Below, piece after piece: positions 10,650-19,700 of a stretch of 64,000 nucleotides of DNA. Made by a program: the position numbers and the translations under genes. The notes below the pieces were generated by a model, which did no database searches, was not told the DNA's origin, and was given only the letters and a program-made list of their open reading frames with translations. Position 1 is the stretch's first letter, and the number at the start of each line of letters is the position of its first letter. The stretch is from an uncultured Gammaproteobacteria bacterium (GTDB lineage Bacteria > Patescibacteriota > Patescibacteriia > SG8-24): NCBI GenBank assembly GCA_964486995.1, contig CAZAOV010000001.1:15697-79696 (forward strand). Direction: 5' to 3'.

Positions 10650-11467
10650 ATTTTTTCATCAATTTCTTTCCGAATTGCCAGTATATTTTGATATTTAAAA
10701 ATCTCATAAAAGGTCTGATACGACCCTAGTGGTAACAACCCTTCGGGCAATATCCGATATAAATTATATGAGAATAAAATATCAAAATAATCCTTCATAA
10801 ACACACGCGCGAAAACATTAAACTCATTAAATTCAAACTGAATTACTTTAATAGCCCCACTATTAAGCATCAATTGCGCTCCTTTGAGTACATCTAACTC
10901 ATGCCCCTCAACATCGATTTTCATAAAATCAATGTGAGTAATGCCGTTCTCCAAACAATAATGATCAGTTGTGTCGATAGTAAATGGAATTTCTTCAATA
11001 ACGTCATTTACTTCAAACAGTTCGAGCATTCCTTTATGAACGGATCCGAGTGATGAGTGTTCCGGTTTAGAAAAACAATATAAAATTTTACTCGAATCTT
11101 TTGTTGACCCTAAGCCACACCGTATTGGGCATATCCTATTCTGAAATTTTTCTGCCGCTTTTATTAAAAAACTATGCGGCTGTCTATTTGGTTCAAATGA
11201 AATAATTCTGGCAGTTGGAAATATTTCAGCTAACATTACAGAGTAGTTACCTACATTCGCACCAACATCAAACATGATCGGCTTAACCGATGAGACATAC
11301 CGAGAGACCAATCGTTTAAGCACATATTTTTCCCCCGTGGTGTTTTCGTCACCGAAATTCAGCACACCAATTTTTTGATATGCACTAGTCAGTATCTGAT
11401 TTGGCGTTTGATTATGATTTTGGGAAATAAATAATCTTCTGTAAATTTTATTTAAATAAGCTTTCAT
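10643..11467 (-). CDS. FkbM-family methyltransferase
   Basis: MFDVGANVGNYSVMLAE...FEPN...IDFMKIDVEGHELDVLKGA: the FkbM/Methyltransf_21 pattern. Confidence 0.75.
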   Translation of the reverse strand: MKAYLNKIYRRLFISQNHNQTPNQILTSAYQKIGVLNFGDENTTGEKYVLKRLVSRYVSSVKPIMFDVGANVGNYSVMLAEIFPTARIISFEPNRQPHSFLIKAAEKFQNRICPIRCGLGSTKDSSKILYCFSKPEHSSLGSVHKGMLELFEVNDVIEEIPFTIDTTDHYCLENGITHIDFMKIDVEGHELDVLKGAQLMLNSGAIKVIQFEFNEFNVFARVFMKDYFDILFSYNLYRILPEGLLPLGSYQTFYEIFKYQNILAIRKEIDEKIW

Positions 11468-11469
11468 AG

Positions 11470-12714
11470 TTATTTTTTGCTAGTCAAATAGTCTAAAACT
11501 GTCGCTGTCCTCCCAAGTCTTTTCCAGCGCGAGTCAATTCTAAAATTTGCAGAATCAACAATTGAAAAAGATACTTTCTGCTTGTGATCAATATATTCAA
11601 TGAAAGGCTTTTGAAAAGAAATGTCGCAATGATATTTACCGATATTAAATAGCTGTGCAGGTACGGCAATTCTGGTAATGTATCTTCCTTTTTTGTAATT
11701 TCTTAAACGAAGTGTTTTGTCCGTTTCAGAAGATAACAAAAAAAGATCATCTCCTTGATCATAAAATAAAGCACATATACAGGCTCGCTGCACTTCTTCT
11801 TGAACATGATACTCAATATCAATATAAAAACCTTCATCTACATTAATCTCGCTGGCTATTACATTATTATTGTTGAAAAACTTTATACTCGTAATGCTTG
11901 CGGCCTTAGATTCAGATATCTTGTACTCGTGTACAGCCTGAATATTTTTATTATCGCTTTTATTATATTGTGCAATGATACTTAAGGTGTCGCCATATGC
12001 AATTATCTCCCCGTTCTTGAGTAATATACATTTTTGACATATTTTTTTTATGGCGTTCATGTTATGACTCACAAAAATAACTGTCCGTCCATCTTCACTA
12101 ACTACAGTATTCATCTTATTTAAACACTTCTTCTGAAATTCAGCATCTCCTACCGATAATACTTCATCAACAATCAAAACGTCTGGTTCAAGATGAGCTG
12201 CGACAGAAAATGCGAGACGAACGTACATACCGCTTGAATATCGCTTGACTGGAGTGTCCAAAAATTTTTCTACGCCAGAAAACTCAACGATACTGTCAAA
12301 TTTCTGCTGAATTTCTTTTTTTGTCATGCCTAAAATCGCACCATTCAGATATATATTTTCCCTGCCCGTGAGCTCTGGATGGAAACCTGTGCCCACCTCC
12401 AGCAAAGAAGCGACTTTGCCACGAATAATAATTTCTCCTTCTGTGGGTGGCGTTATTTTCGACAATATTTTCAGCAAAGTTGATTTGCCCGCTCCATTAG
12501 CGCCGATGATGCCGACTGTCTCCCCCCGCGCAATATCCACGGAAATATTTCGCAAGGACCAAAATTCTTCTCGGGTCATCTTTTCCTTGATTGTCTTGAA
12601 TGGGGATGTAAAAAATTGCGTCATCAGGTCGCGCAGAGACAAATACTTCTCCCGTTGGTGATAAATATTGTATTTCTTGCCAACGTCTCTGATTTCTATG
12701 ATCGGTTCGTTCAT
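11470..12714 (-). CDS. wzt: Polysaccharide ABC exporter ATP-binding protein (Wzt/TagH-like) with a C-terminal carbohydrate-binding extension
   Basis: Walker A GIIGANGAGKSTLLKIL, signature LSVGDAEFQKKC, Walker B LIVDEVLSVGD, plus about 160 aa of extra C-terminal sequence, as in Wzt proteins. Confidence 0.85.
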   Translation of the reverse strand: MNEPIIEIRDVGKKYNIYHQREKYLSLRDLMTQFFTSPFKTIKEKMTREEFWSLRNISVDIARGETVGIIGANGAGKSTLLKILSKITPPTEGEIIIRGKVASLLEVGTGFHPELTGRENIYLNGAILGMTKKEIQQKFDSIVEFSGVEKFLDTPVKRYSSGMYVRLAFSVAAHLEPDVLIVDEVLSVGDAEFQKKCLNKMNTVVSEDGRTVIFVSHNMNAIKKICQKCILLKNGEIIAYGDTLSIIAQYNKSDNKNIQAVHEYKISESKAASITSIKFFNNNNVIASEINVDEGFYIDIEYHVQEEVQRACICALFYDQGDDLFLLSSETDKTLRLRNYKKGRYITRIAVPAQLFNIGKYHCDISFQKPFIEYIDHKQKVSFSIVDSANFRIDSRWKRLGRTATVLDYLTSKK

Positions 12715-12716
12715 AA

Positions 12717-13529
12717 TTATGCGATGTCGGCAAAATAATGCTCGGTCTTCTTAAAAACGTATATGCCGCCAGCCAGCAGCAGAAAACAGGTGGCCGCAGA
12801 AATGCCCAACAACATCCAGTTTATCGGTTCACTGTTGAATAGTGCGGCCCGCGCGGCTTTTATCACTCCAGTCATCGGGTTCAAAGCCAATATCCAGGAA
12901 TATTTTCCGGCTAAACTGGGTGGGTATATAACCGGCGTCACAAACAGCATGATTTGAATAAAGAACGGCACCGCATAGCGCACGTCACGATATTTGACAT
13001 TTATGGCCGCCAGATATAATCCCGTTCCGACTGCGGCCATAAACGAAATGAGAATCAGCAACGGAAAAATCAAGAAACCAAGTATGTTTGCGCCGTAGCC
13101 GTAAAATACCATCATTCCTAGCAGGATGACCGCCGCAATAACGAAGTCAATCAATTTTGTCAGGGTGGCGGAGACGGGCAAAATCAAACGCGGGAAATAG
13201 ATTTTCTGTACAATGCTCTGATTGCTGACCAAACAATTGCTTGCGTCTGAAAGTGAGCTAGAAAAAAACTGCCAAAATATTAGGCCAGCAAAGACAAAAA
13301 TCGGGTAAGGCACTCCGTCCGAAGGCATACCAGCTAACTTTCCAAAAAAAACGCTAAATACAACCATTGTAATAAATGGCTGGAATACAGCCCAAGAAAC
13401 ACCGACTACGGTTTGCTTGTATCGCACTTTAATGTCACGCCAGGAAAAAAAGTACAACAGTTCTTTATACTGCCACATTTCACGCAAATCGCTCCACTGA
13501 AAAATTTTTTTGGGTCTAATGACTTCCAT
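12717..13529 (-). CDS. wzm: ABC-2 type polysaccharide exporter permease (Wzm-like)
   Basis: A 6-TM hydrophobic protein directly upstream of wzt. It overlaps the next gene by 14 nt. Confidence 0.8.
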   Translation of the reverse strand: MEVIRPKKIFQWSDLREMWQYKELLYFFSWRDIKVRYKQTVVGVSWAVFQPFITMVVFSVFFGKLAGMPSDGVPYPIFVFAGLIFWQFFSSSLSDASNCLVSNQSIVQKIYFPRLILPVSATLTKLIDFVIAAVILLGMMVFYGYGANILGFLIFPLLILISFMAAVGTGLYLAAINVKYRDVRYAVPFFIQIMLFVTPVIYPPSLAGKYSWILALNPMTGVIKAARAALFNSEPINWMLLGISAATCFLLLAGGIYVFKKTEHYFADIA

Positions 13530-14448
13530 GCGTTTGCGGTTCGGGCACTGATTTTACTTGTTTTTCCTCATGTTGGGGCTTGGTTTGTTCCGAGACCTCT
13601 CCCCTCACCCGCTTATTAGAAGCGACGACTTCGGCCCACAGCTTCGGATTGTAACCCTTGGCGCGCACGGCGGTGACTATCGCCGCCGTATCTTTCGGGA
13701 GGCATTTTCCGCTGAAGCCGCGACCGTCCGGATAAATGCTGGTCATCGAACGGCCGATGCGTCCATCCAATAGCCACAGTTCCTTTATCTCGTTATAGTC
13801 GGCGCCGAATGCCTGACAGACGTTATACATCTCATCGCAAAAAATCTTTTTAGTGGCTAAATACATATTTACAAAATACTTGGTCATCTCGGCATGCAGC
13901 GCTGTAGTTTGCATGAAACGTGCGCCCCAACCAGCAATTCTCTGAAAAATTTGAAGCCATTCCGTTGTCACTTCCCGATTGCCGCCAAAAATATGGAAGC
14001 TGTGCAGTTTCATGTCGGTCGGATGAGGCATGTCCTGCCAGTACGGTATCTGATACTTGCCCTCGCCAATGTATTCGGGACTAAAACAAATTCGTCTGCC
14101 GGTTTTTTCTGACAAGCTATCAATGGTGCCGGGCGCAACCGTCGATTTTACCAGGTAGCTCTTGTGGTTAGTTTCAGTCAGCACGTCCTCGGCGATTGAG
14201 GTGTCGCAGCGCCAGCCGTCCGAACCGGTCGGGGTAGGTACGCAGACCACGGCGTGCTCTATGCCGTCCGCGGCCTTATATTCCTTGCTCCAAAGTTCAG
14301 GGTAGTCTGGGTCATCGCTGTTTTTCAGCGCGTCAAAATCCACGAACGGATCAATGACCATCACGTCGTAATGACTTTTCAAAAAACGATATAACGCACG
14401 GCCAACGTAGCCGTATCCGTAGAGGGCGATTTTTTTTCGGTTGGACAT
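13516..14448 (-). CDS. Nucleotide-sugar dehydrogenase (UDP-glucose 6-dehydrogenase family), unusually short; apparently lacks the C-terminal UDP-binding domain
   Basis: Rossmann motif IALYGYGYVGRA; VVCVPTPTGSDGWRCDTS; KSTVAPGT; SPEYIGEG; catalytic-Cys motif FSGKCLPKD. The ORF ends about 55 aa after the catalytic Cys. Confidence 0.6.
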   Translation of the reverse strand: MSNRKKIALYGYGYVGRALYRFLKSHYDVMVIDPFVDFDALKNSDDPDYPELWSKEYKAADGIEHAVVCVPTPTGSDGWRCDTSIAEDVLTETNHKSYLVKSTVAPGTIDSLSEKTGRRICFSPEYIGEGKYQIPYWQDMPHPTDMKLHSFHIFGGNREVTTEWLQIFQRIAGWGARFMQTTALHAEMTKYFVNMYLATKKIFCDEMYNVCQAFGADYNEIKELWLLDGRIGRSMTSIYPDGRGFSGKCLPKDTAAIVTAVRAKGYNPKLWAEVVASNKRVRGEVSEQTKPQHEEKQVKSVPEPQTHGSH

Positions 14449-14471
14449 ATTAATTCCCGCTTGGGTGATTA

Positions 14472-15416
14472 TTATGCTGATGTTATTTTATACTCCGCCT
14501 TAAACCATGTATAGACGCGCTGCAAACCTTCTTCCAATTCTATGGCATGATGCCAGCCAAGAGCGTGCAGCTTGGTCAGGTCGAGTAGTTTTTGCGGCAT
14601 GCCGTCGGGCTTGGTGGTATCAGATACTAATGCCCCTTTATATCCAACTACCCGCTTAATCAGCTCAGCCAGTTCTCTAATAGATAAATCCACTCCCGTC
14701 CCCACATTCACGAACTGCTGATCGTCATAGTTGTTCATCAGGAACAGGGCGGCGCTCGCCAGGTCATCGACATGCAGAAATTCACGTCGGGCGGCGCCGG
14801 TTCCCCAGATTTCAACTTGCGGGGCGTTGCTGACTTTAGCTTCGTGGAACTTTCTGATTAGCGCCGGCAGGACATGGGAATTTTCCAGATCGAAATTGTC
14901 GTTCGATCCGTAGAGGTTGGTCGGCATGCAGGAGATGAATTTCTGGCCGTACTGCTCGTGGATTTTTTCGCAGAGCTTCATGCCGGCGATTTTGGCGATG
15001 GCATAACCCTCGTTTGTGGGTTCTGGTTTTCCGCTTAACAGATACTCTTCCTTCATGGGCTGAGAACATTCACGAGGGTAAATGCAACTGCTACCTAAAA
15101 ACAATAATTTTTTCACGTCATGCAGATGAGCCTGCCAAATAACGTTATTTTGAATCTGTAAATTTTCGTACAGAAAATCGGCTTGATGCGTCTTATTATC
15201 CATGATTCCACCAACTCTGGCCGCAGCCACAAAAACATACTCTGGACGTTCCTGCTCATAAAATTTACTTGCAGCCGCCTGATCCGACAAATCCAGCTCG
15301 TGTCGAGTGCGCGTGACGATATTGGTAAATCCTTCTTTCTCCAACAACCGCAAAATTGCTGAACCGACCATTCCACGATGCCCAGCAACATATATTTTAG
15401 AGCTCTTGTCCCACAT
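14472..15416 (-). CDS. fcl: GDP-L-fucose synthase (GDP-4-keto-6-deoxymannose 3,5-epimerase/4-reductase)
   Basis: [19 protein letters not shown]...SSCIYP...YAIAK. Confidence 0.85.
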   Translation of the reverse strand: MWDKSSKIYVAGHRGMVGSAILRLLEKEGFTNIVTRTRHELDLSDQAAASKFYEQERPEYVFVAAARVGGIMDNKTHQADFLYENLQIQNNVIWQAHLHDVKKLLFLGSSCIYPRECSQPMKEEYLLSGKPEPTNEGYAIAKIAGMKLCEKIHEQYGQKFISCMPTNLYGSNDNFDLENSHVLPALIRKFHEAKVSNAPQVEIWGTGAARREFLHVDDLASAALFLMNNYDDQQFVNVGTGVDLSIRELAELIKRVVGYKGALVSDTTKPDGMPQKLLDLTKLHALGWHHAIELEEGLQRVYTWFKAEYKITSA

Positions 15417-16449
15417 ATTGAGCGTAATGTACCTTTTTATCTTCCTCGATCATTCCTTTCACCAAATCACTGAACTTGATTCGCGGCTCCCAGCCAAGCT
15501 TCTCTTTGGCCTTCGTAGCATCGCCAATCAGCAAATCGATTTCAGCTGGACGGAAATAACGCGGGTCTATCTTGATAATCGCCTGGCCAGTCTTTCGATC
15601 TATCCCCTGCTCATGCAGGCCCTCACCTTTCCAGGTCAAATCAAATTCCATTTGATGGGCCGCTTCCTCAACGAAATCTCTAACGCTATGCGTCTCCCCC
15701 GTTGCCAAAACAAAATCATCCGGTTCGCTATGCTGGAGTATCTTCCACATTCCCTCAACATAGTCGCGAGCATGACCCCAGTCACGTTTTGCTTCCAGGT
15801 TACCCAAGAACAACGTGTCGTCCAAACCAGCTTTGATACGATTTAACCCTCTGGTTATTTTTCTGGTGACAAATGTTTCGCCCCGCCGTTCAGATTCGTG
15901 ATTAAACAAAATGCCGTTTGAAGCGAACAGATCGTAGCTTTCTCGATAGTTCTTGGTAATCCAATACGCATACACCTTAGCGCAACCATACGGCGAACGC
16001 GGATAGAACGGCGTGTTTTCTGTCTGCGGAATTTCTTGAACTTTTCCGAACATTTCACTGGAAGACGCCTGATAATAACGAACTTTTGGACAGATATCAC
16101 GTACTGCTTCCAATATACGCGTCGTGGACAGACCCGTGACGTCACCCGTGTATTCTGGAATATCAAAACTTACCCGAACGTGTGACTGCGCTCCAAGATG
16201 ATAAATTTCATCTGGAATAATCTTCTTGAGCAGTCGGGCGATGTTGCTGCTATCAGCCAAATCGCCATAATGCAAAATCAACCGACGGCCGACATCATGA
16301 GGGTCAGAATAGATATGGTCGATACGCTCCGTATTAAACGACGAGGCCCGGCGAATAATGCCATGCACCTCATAGCCCTTTTCAAGCAGGAGTTCCGCCA
16401 AATATGAACCATCCTGACCGGTTATTCCTGTTATTAACGCTTTTTTCAT
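15397..16449 (-). CDS. gmd: GDP-mannose 4,6-dehydratase
   Basis: [47 protein letters not shown]: a near-canonical Gmd N-terminus, 350 aa. Confidence 0.9.
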   Translation of the reverse strand: MKKALITGITGQDGSYLAELLLEKGYEVHGIIRRASSFNTERIDHIYSDPHDVGRRLILHYGDLADSSNIARLLKKIIPDEIYHLGAQSHVRVSFDIPEYTGDVTGLSTTRILEAVRDICPKVRYYQASSSEMFGKVQEIPQTENTPFYPRSPYGCAKVYAYWITKNYRESYDLFASNGILFNHESERRGETFVTRKITRGLNRIKAGLDDTLFLGNLEAKRDWGHARDYVEGMWKILQHSEPDDFVLATGETHSVRDFVEEAAHQMEFDLTWKGEGLHEQGIDRKTGQAIIKIDPRYFRPAEIDLLIGDATKAKEKLGWEPRIKFSDLVKGMIEEDKKVHYAQYVGQEL

Positions 16450-16474
16450 ACGGCTATACAGCTTAACATTATCG

Positions 16475-16756
16475 TTACCACTGCTTAGTTTTATCCTTCG
16501 TAGTTTTCTTCATTTTTTTGTAGGCTTTCGTTGCCGCCTGGTCTATTTCCGGTGATAGCATTCTCAAAATCTCATGGCCGAAGATGCGATGCTGATTCCC
16601 GACTTTGTTGGCGCGGAGCAAACCCTTCTTTATGAGACGCTTAAAAGTGCTCGAGCTAATCTTGAGCATCTGTTCCGTTTCCTTGGGCGTATAGATTTCG
16701 TTCGGATTTATCTCCATGCCGATCGCTAAAATGTGATTCACTCTACAAACACTCAT
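16475..16756 (-). CDS. Excisionase/MerR-family HTH DNA-binding protein
   Basis: [43 protein letters not shown] has an HTH_17-like pattern. Confidence 0.5.
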   Translation of the reverse strand: MSVCRVNHILAIGMEINPNEIYTPKETEQMLKISSSTFKRLIKKGLLRANKVGNQHRIFGHEILRMLSPEIDQAATKAYKKMKKTTKDKTKQW

Positions 16757-16892
16757 ATAATATCAATGGGTGTCATTAGGTGTCAAAAGGTAGCTGTTGA
16801 TATCATAAAAATGCGTGCGCATGATTCTAAGTTTGTCATCAACAAACGCACACTTTTTTTCACGAACGGCACAACTGTTAGTCAATATGACT

Positions 16893-17159
16893 ATCTGATC
16901 GGCTCCCCGACCTTAATCATTTTCTTGGCCCATTCAATGGTCTCCAGAATCCCTTACACCGGCAACACACCTGGACGGAAACCAATTTCTTTCTCGGCTT
17001 TAGACAGATCAAGCGACATATTTCGCGCATCACCCGGCTTTGCCGGACTGTGCTCAGGATACAAGCTGGCGCAAACAGCTTCATGGCCATCCATCTGGAA
17101 AACTGATACTAAATCCTGCCCCAGATTTCCTTTATCACCAAGAATTAATGTTCTCGCAT
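16893..17159 (-). pseudogene. Internally deleted remnant of an NAD(P)-dependent sugar epimerase/reductase gene
   Basis: The reverse strand encodes ...LILGDKGNLGQDLVSVFQMDGHEAVCASLYPEHSPAKPGDARNMSLDLSKAEKEIGFRPGVLPV*, then after the stop TIEWAKKMIKVGEPIR*. That is an N-terminal Rossmann start joined directly to a C-terminal tail that is DNA-homologous to the 3' end of 19701..20651. No in-frame start codon. Confidence 0.5.
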
Positions 17160-17220
17160 GATTACTCCTTAATAGATTTCAAAAGCGAAACTGTCCGTCT
17201 GCCAATATATTTATCATGCC

Positions 17221-18849
17221 TCAATTTAAACCTCTTTCCATTAGATATGCAATGACCTGTTCGGCGCATTCTTCCGGAGAATATTCTACGGTGTTCAGAA
17301 TCACCTCGGCGTTTTCGGAACGTTCGAACGGGTCATCTACGCCGGTGAAGTTCTTAAGCTGACCCAGTTCGGCTTTACGGTACAGCCCTTTCATGTCGCG
17401 CTGTTTGCAGACTTCTATAGGAGTATCTACCAGCACCTCGATGTAAGTTCCGGTTTTGCTTATTAGTTCTCGGTTCTTATCGCGGGTGGCCGCATACGGC
17501 GCAATCGTCGCGCAGATAGCGATGCCGCCGTGTTTGGTGATTTCGTTGGCGACGAAGCCGATACGTAAAATATTTGTATCGCGGTCCTCGCGGGAGAAGC
17601 CCAGGCCTTGCGATAGGTTGTTGCGAATTACGTCTCCGTCCAACACGGTAATCTCCCTATCCTGCACCTCACGCAGCTTGTCGTGCAGGATTTTTGCTAT
17701 CGTTGATTTACCGGAGCAAGACAGGCCAGTCATAAAAATCGTGAAACCGCGACGATTATCGCGCTGTACTGCTTTGCGCAATCCGGAAACTATTTCTGGA
17801 AAGGACAGCCACTCCGGCACATCTTCGCCCGCACGAATCATGCGACGCAGTTCTGTTCCGGAAATTTTTTCCGGTTGGTGGTGTTCCTCCAGCTCATGCG
17901 TGTAGAAGTATTTTTTCTCGGACGGCACGTAAGCAATTTCCTTTGGTGAGACAATCTCGATGCCAATTTCGTCCGCGTGTTCCCGCGCCAACTCCTGTGC
18001 ATCGTACGATCCGTAGTAATTCCCGCCCGGATCAGCGTGCCCGCGGCCGACGATGAAATGCGTACAGCCGTAGTTCTTTCTGATCTGCGCGTGCCACACC
18101 GCCTCGCGCGGACCGGCCATTCGCATCGCGAGCGGCAACAGGCTCAGCTTGGCGAAGTCGCTCATATAATTCTCTGCTACCTTGCGATAACAGCGCACAC
18201 GTGTGACATGATCGATATCCCCTGGCTTTGTCTCCCCTATGGTCGGATGGATTAGCACCTTGGCGTTGTGTTCCTCGGCCCCGCGACGCATCAGTTCGTA
18301 ATGAGCGCGATGAATCGGGTTGCGGGTCTGGAATCCGATTACCTTTTCCCAGCCGTTTTCGGCGAACCATTGTTTTAGCTCGTCTGGTCTATGGCGCAAG
18401 TCGATGAAACTTCCGTTACGGCCTTTTAGCTTCACGTCAGTGACTGGACCACCCAGATATACTCGACCGACATCGTCAAACAATTTCCGTACGCCGGCGT
18501 GATTTTTGTCTGTAGTCTGATAAATTTTTTCAGCCTCACGCAACTTGTCTGGTATGTATGTTGAAGTCACGTTCATGACTGCCGCCGGATTACCGTACTT
18601 GTCGCATAGTACGATTTCTTCGCCGACTTCGATATTGGCATTATTCACATCTAGGGCTATCGGCATTGACCACAATGCACCATCGGCTAATCGCATAATA
18701 TCTAAAACCGACTCGTAGTCCGCCTGATTCATAAATCCAGTGAGCGGTGCGAACGAGCCATCTAGTAACAGCTCCAAATCACAAAGCTGGCGGTCCGTTA
18801 GGTTGACCCGTCTCAACGTGGCAATTTTGTCTCTGATATTTTGCATCAT
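17221..18849 (-). CDS. sat-cysC: Bifunctional sulfate adenylyltransferase (ATP sulfurylase) / adenylylsulfate kinase, i.e. PAPS synthase
   Basis: N-terminal ATP-sulfurylase motifs QTRNPIHRAHYEL and HxxG. C-terminal APS kinase P-loop GFTIFMTGLSCSGKSTIAKIL. 542 aa. Confidence 0.9.
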   Translation of the reverse strand: MMQNIRDKIATLRRVNLTDRQLCDLELLLDGSFAPLTGFMNQADYESVLDIMRLADGALWSMPIALDVNNANIEVGEEIVLCDKYGNPAAVMNVTSTYIPDKLREAEKIYQTTDKNHAGVRKLFDDVGRVYLGGPVTDVKLKGRNGSFIDLRHRPDELKQWFAENGWEKVIGFQTRNPIHRAHYELMRRGAEEHNAKVLIHPTIGETKPGDIDHVTRVRCYRKVAENYMSDFAKLSLLPLAMRMAGPREAVWHAQIRKNYGCTHFIVGRGHADPGGNYYGSYDAQELAREHADEIGIEIVSPKEIAYVPSEKKYFYTHELEEHHQPEKISGTELRRMIRAGEDVPEWLSFPEIVSGLRKAVQRDNRRGFTIFMTGLSCSGKSTIAKILHDKLREVQDREITVLDGDVIRNNLSQGLGFSREDRDTNILRIGFVANEITKHGGIAICATIAPYAATRDKNRELISKTGTYIEVLVDTPIEVCKQRDMKGLYRKAELGQLKNFTGVDDPFERSENAEVILNTVEYSPEECAEQVIAYLMERGLN

Positions 18850-18852
18850 AGA

Positions 18853-19698
18853 TTAGCTTATTTTACTAGCCGTAACGACATATCCAACTCCAAAAGTTCT
18901 CAGCGGCACCAATCGCTCACCCACCGGTTCGGCCGCGGCTAAAACTTTATCGACTGCTGGTATTTTGATATTCGGAAACAGCCGCATACGCTTTAACGAT
19001 TCGATATCGAAACCATTAGCTTTCAGCGGTTCGGTGACCTGCTGTGAAGGCACATACATTTCGTCTGTCAGATAAAATCCGTTTCCGATTGGGCGAAGCT
19101 TGCCGGTATTCCAACCGTTCTTCTTGAGCCTCCATTTAATGATTGGATTGCCGCCGTTTGGCTCACTGATAATTAACTTACCATTCGTTTTGAGCAGCTT
19201 GCGCGTCTGCTTAAAGAAAAGCTCGTGTGGAACTATATGATGCAATGCTTCTTGCACATAAATGACATCGAATAGCTCATCTGGTGCGTATTCTGTAATG
19301 CTGTCCTCAACGAAGGTAATATTGTCCGCGCCCCAACGCTCGGCTCTCTCATGAGAAAGTTTTATGTAAACGGGGTTGATATCCAGGCCAATGACTTGAT
19401 GCGCGCCGGAAGCTGCAAGCAGTAGGCTCTGAGTACCCATTCCACAACCGACGTCCAAACATCTTTTGCCTGGCGCCGCGGACACGGCAGACTGAGTGCA
19501 CATACGATAGTAACGTCGACTCAGTTCTGTCGGACCTCGATAATAGCGGCTAAATTTTTTGAATATTTTATGAAATTCGGGACTGTACCATTCGGACAAC
19601 TCGCGATGCTCGTCTACGATATTCCCAAAAATCGCTGCGACCCTAGCGTCATGCGTTGGCAATTTTCTGAGCTGTGGAATATCGATGATTTCCGACAT
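18853..19698 (-). CDS. Class I SAM-dependent methyltransferase
   Basis: CLDVGCGMGTQSLLLAASGAHQVIGLDINP (motif I plus post-I). Confidence 0.7.
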   Translation of the reverse strand: MSEIIDIPQLRKLPTHDARVAAIFGNIVDEHRELSEWYSPEFHKIFKKFSRYYRGPTELSRRYYRMCTQSAVSAAPGKRCLDVGCGMGTQSLLLAASGAHQVIGLDINPVYIKLSHERAERWGADNITFVEDSITEYAPDELFDVIYVQEALHHIVPHELFFKQTRKLLKTNGKLIISEPNGGNPIIKWRLKKNGWNTGKLRPIGNGFYLTDEMYVPSQQVTEPLKANGFDIESLKRMRLFPNIKIPAVDKVLAAAEPVGERLVPLRTFGVGYVVTASKIS

Positions 19699-19700
19699 AT

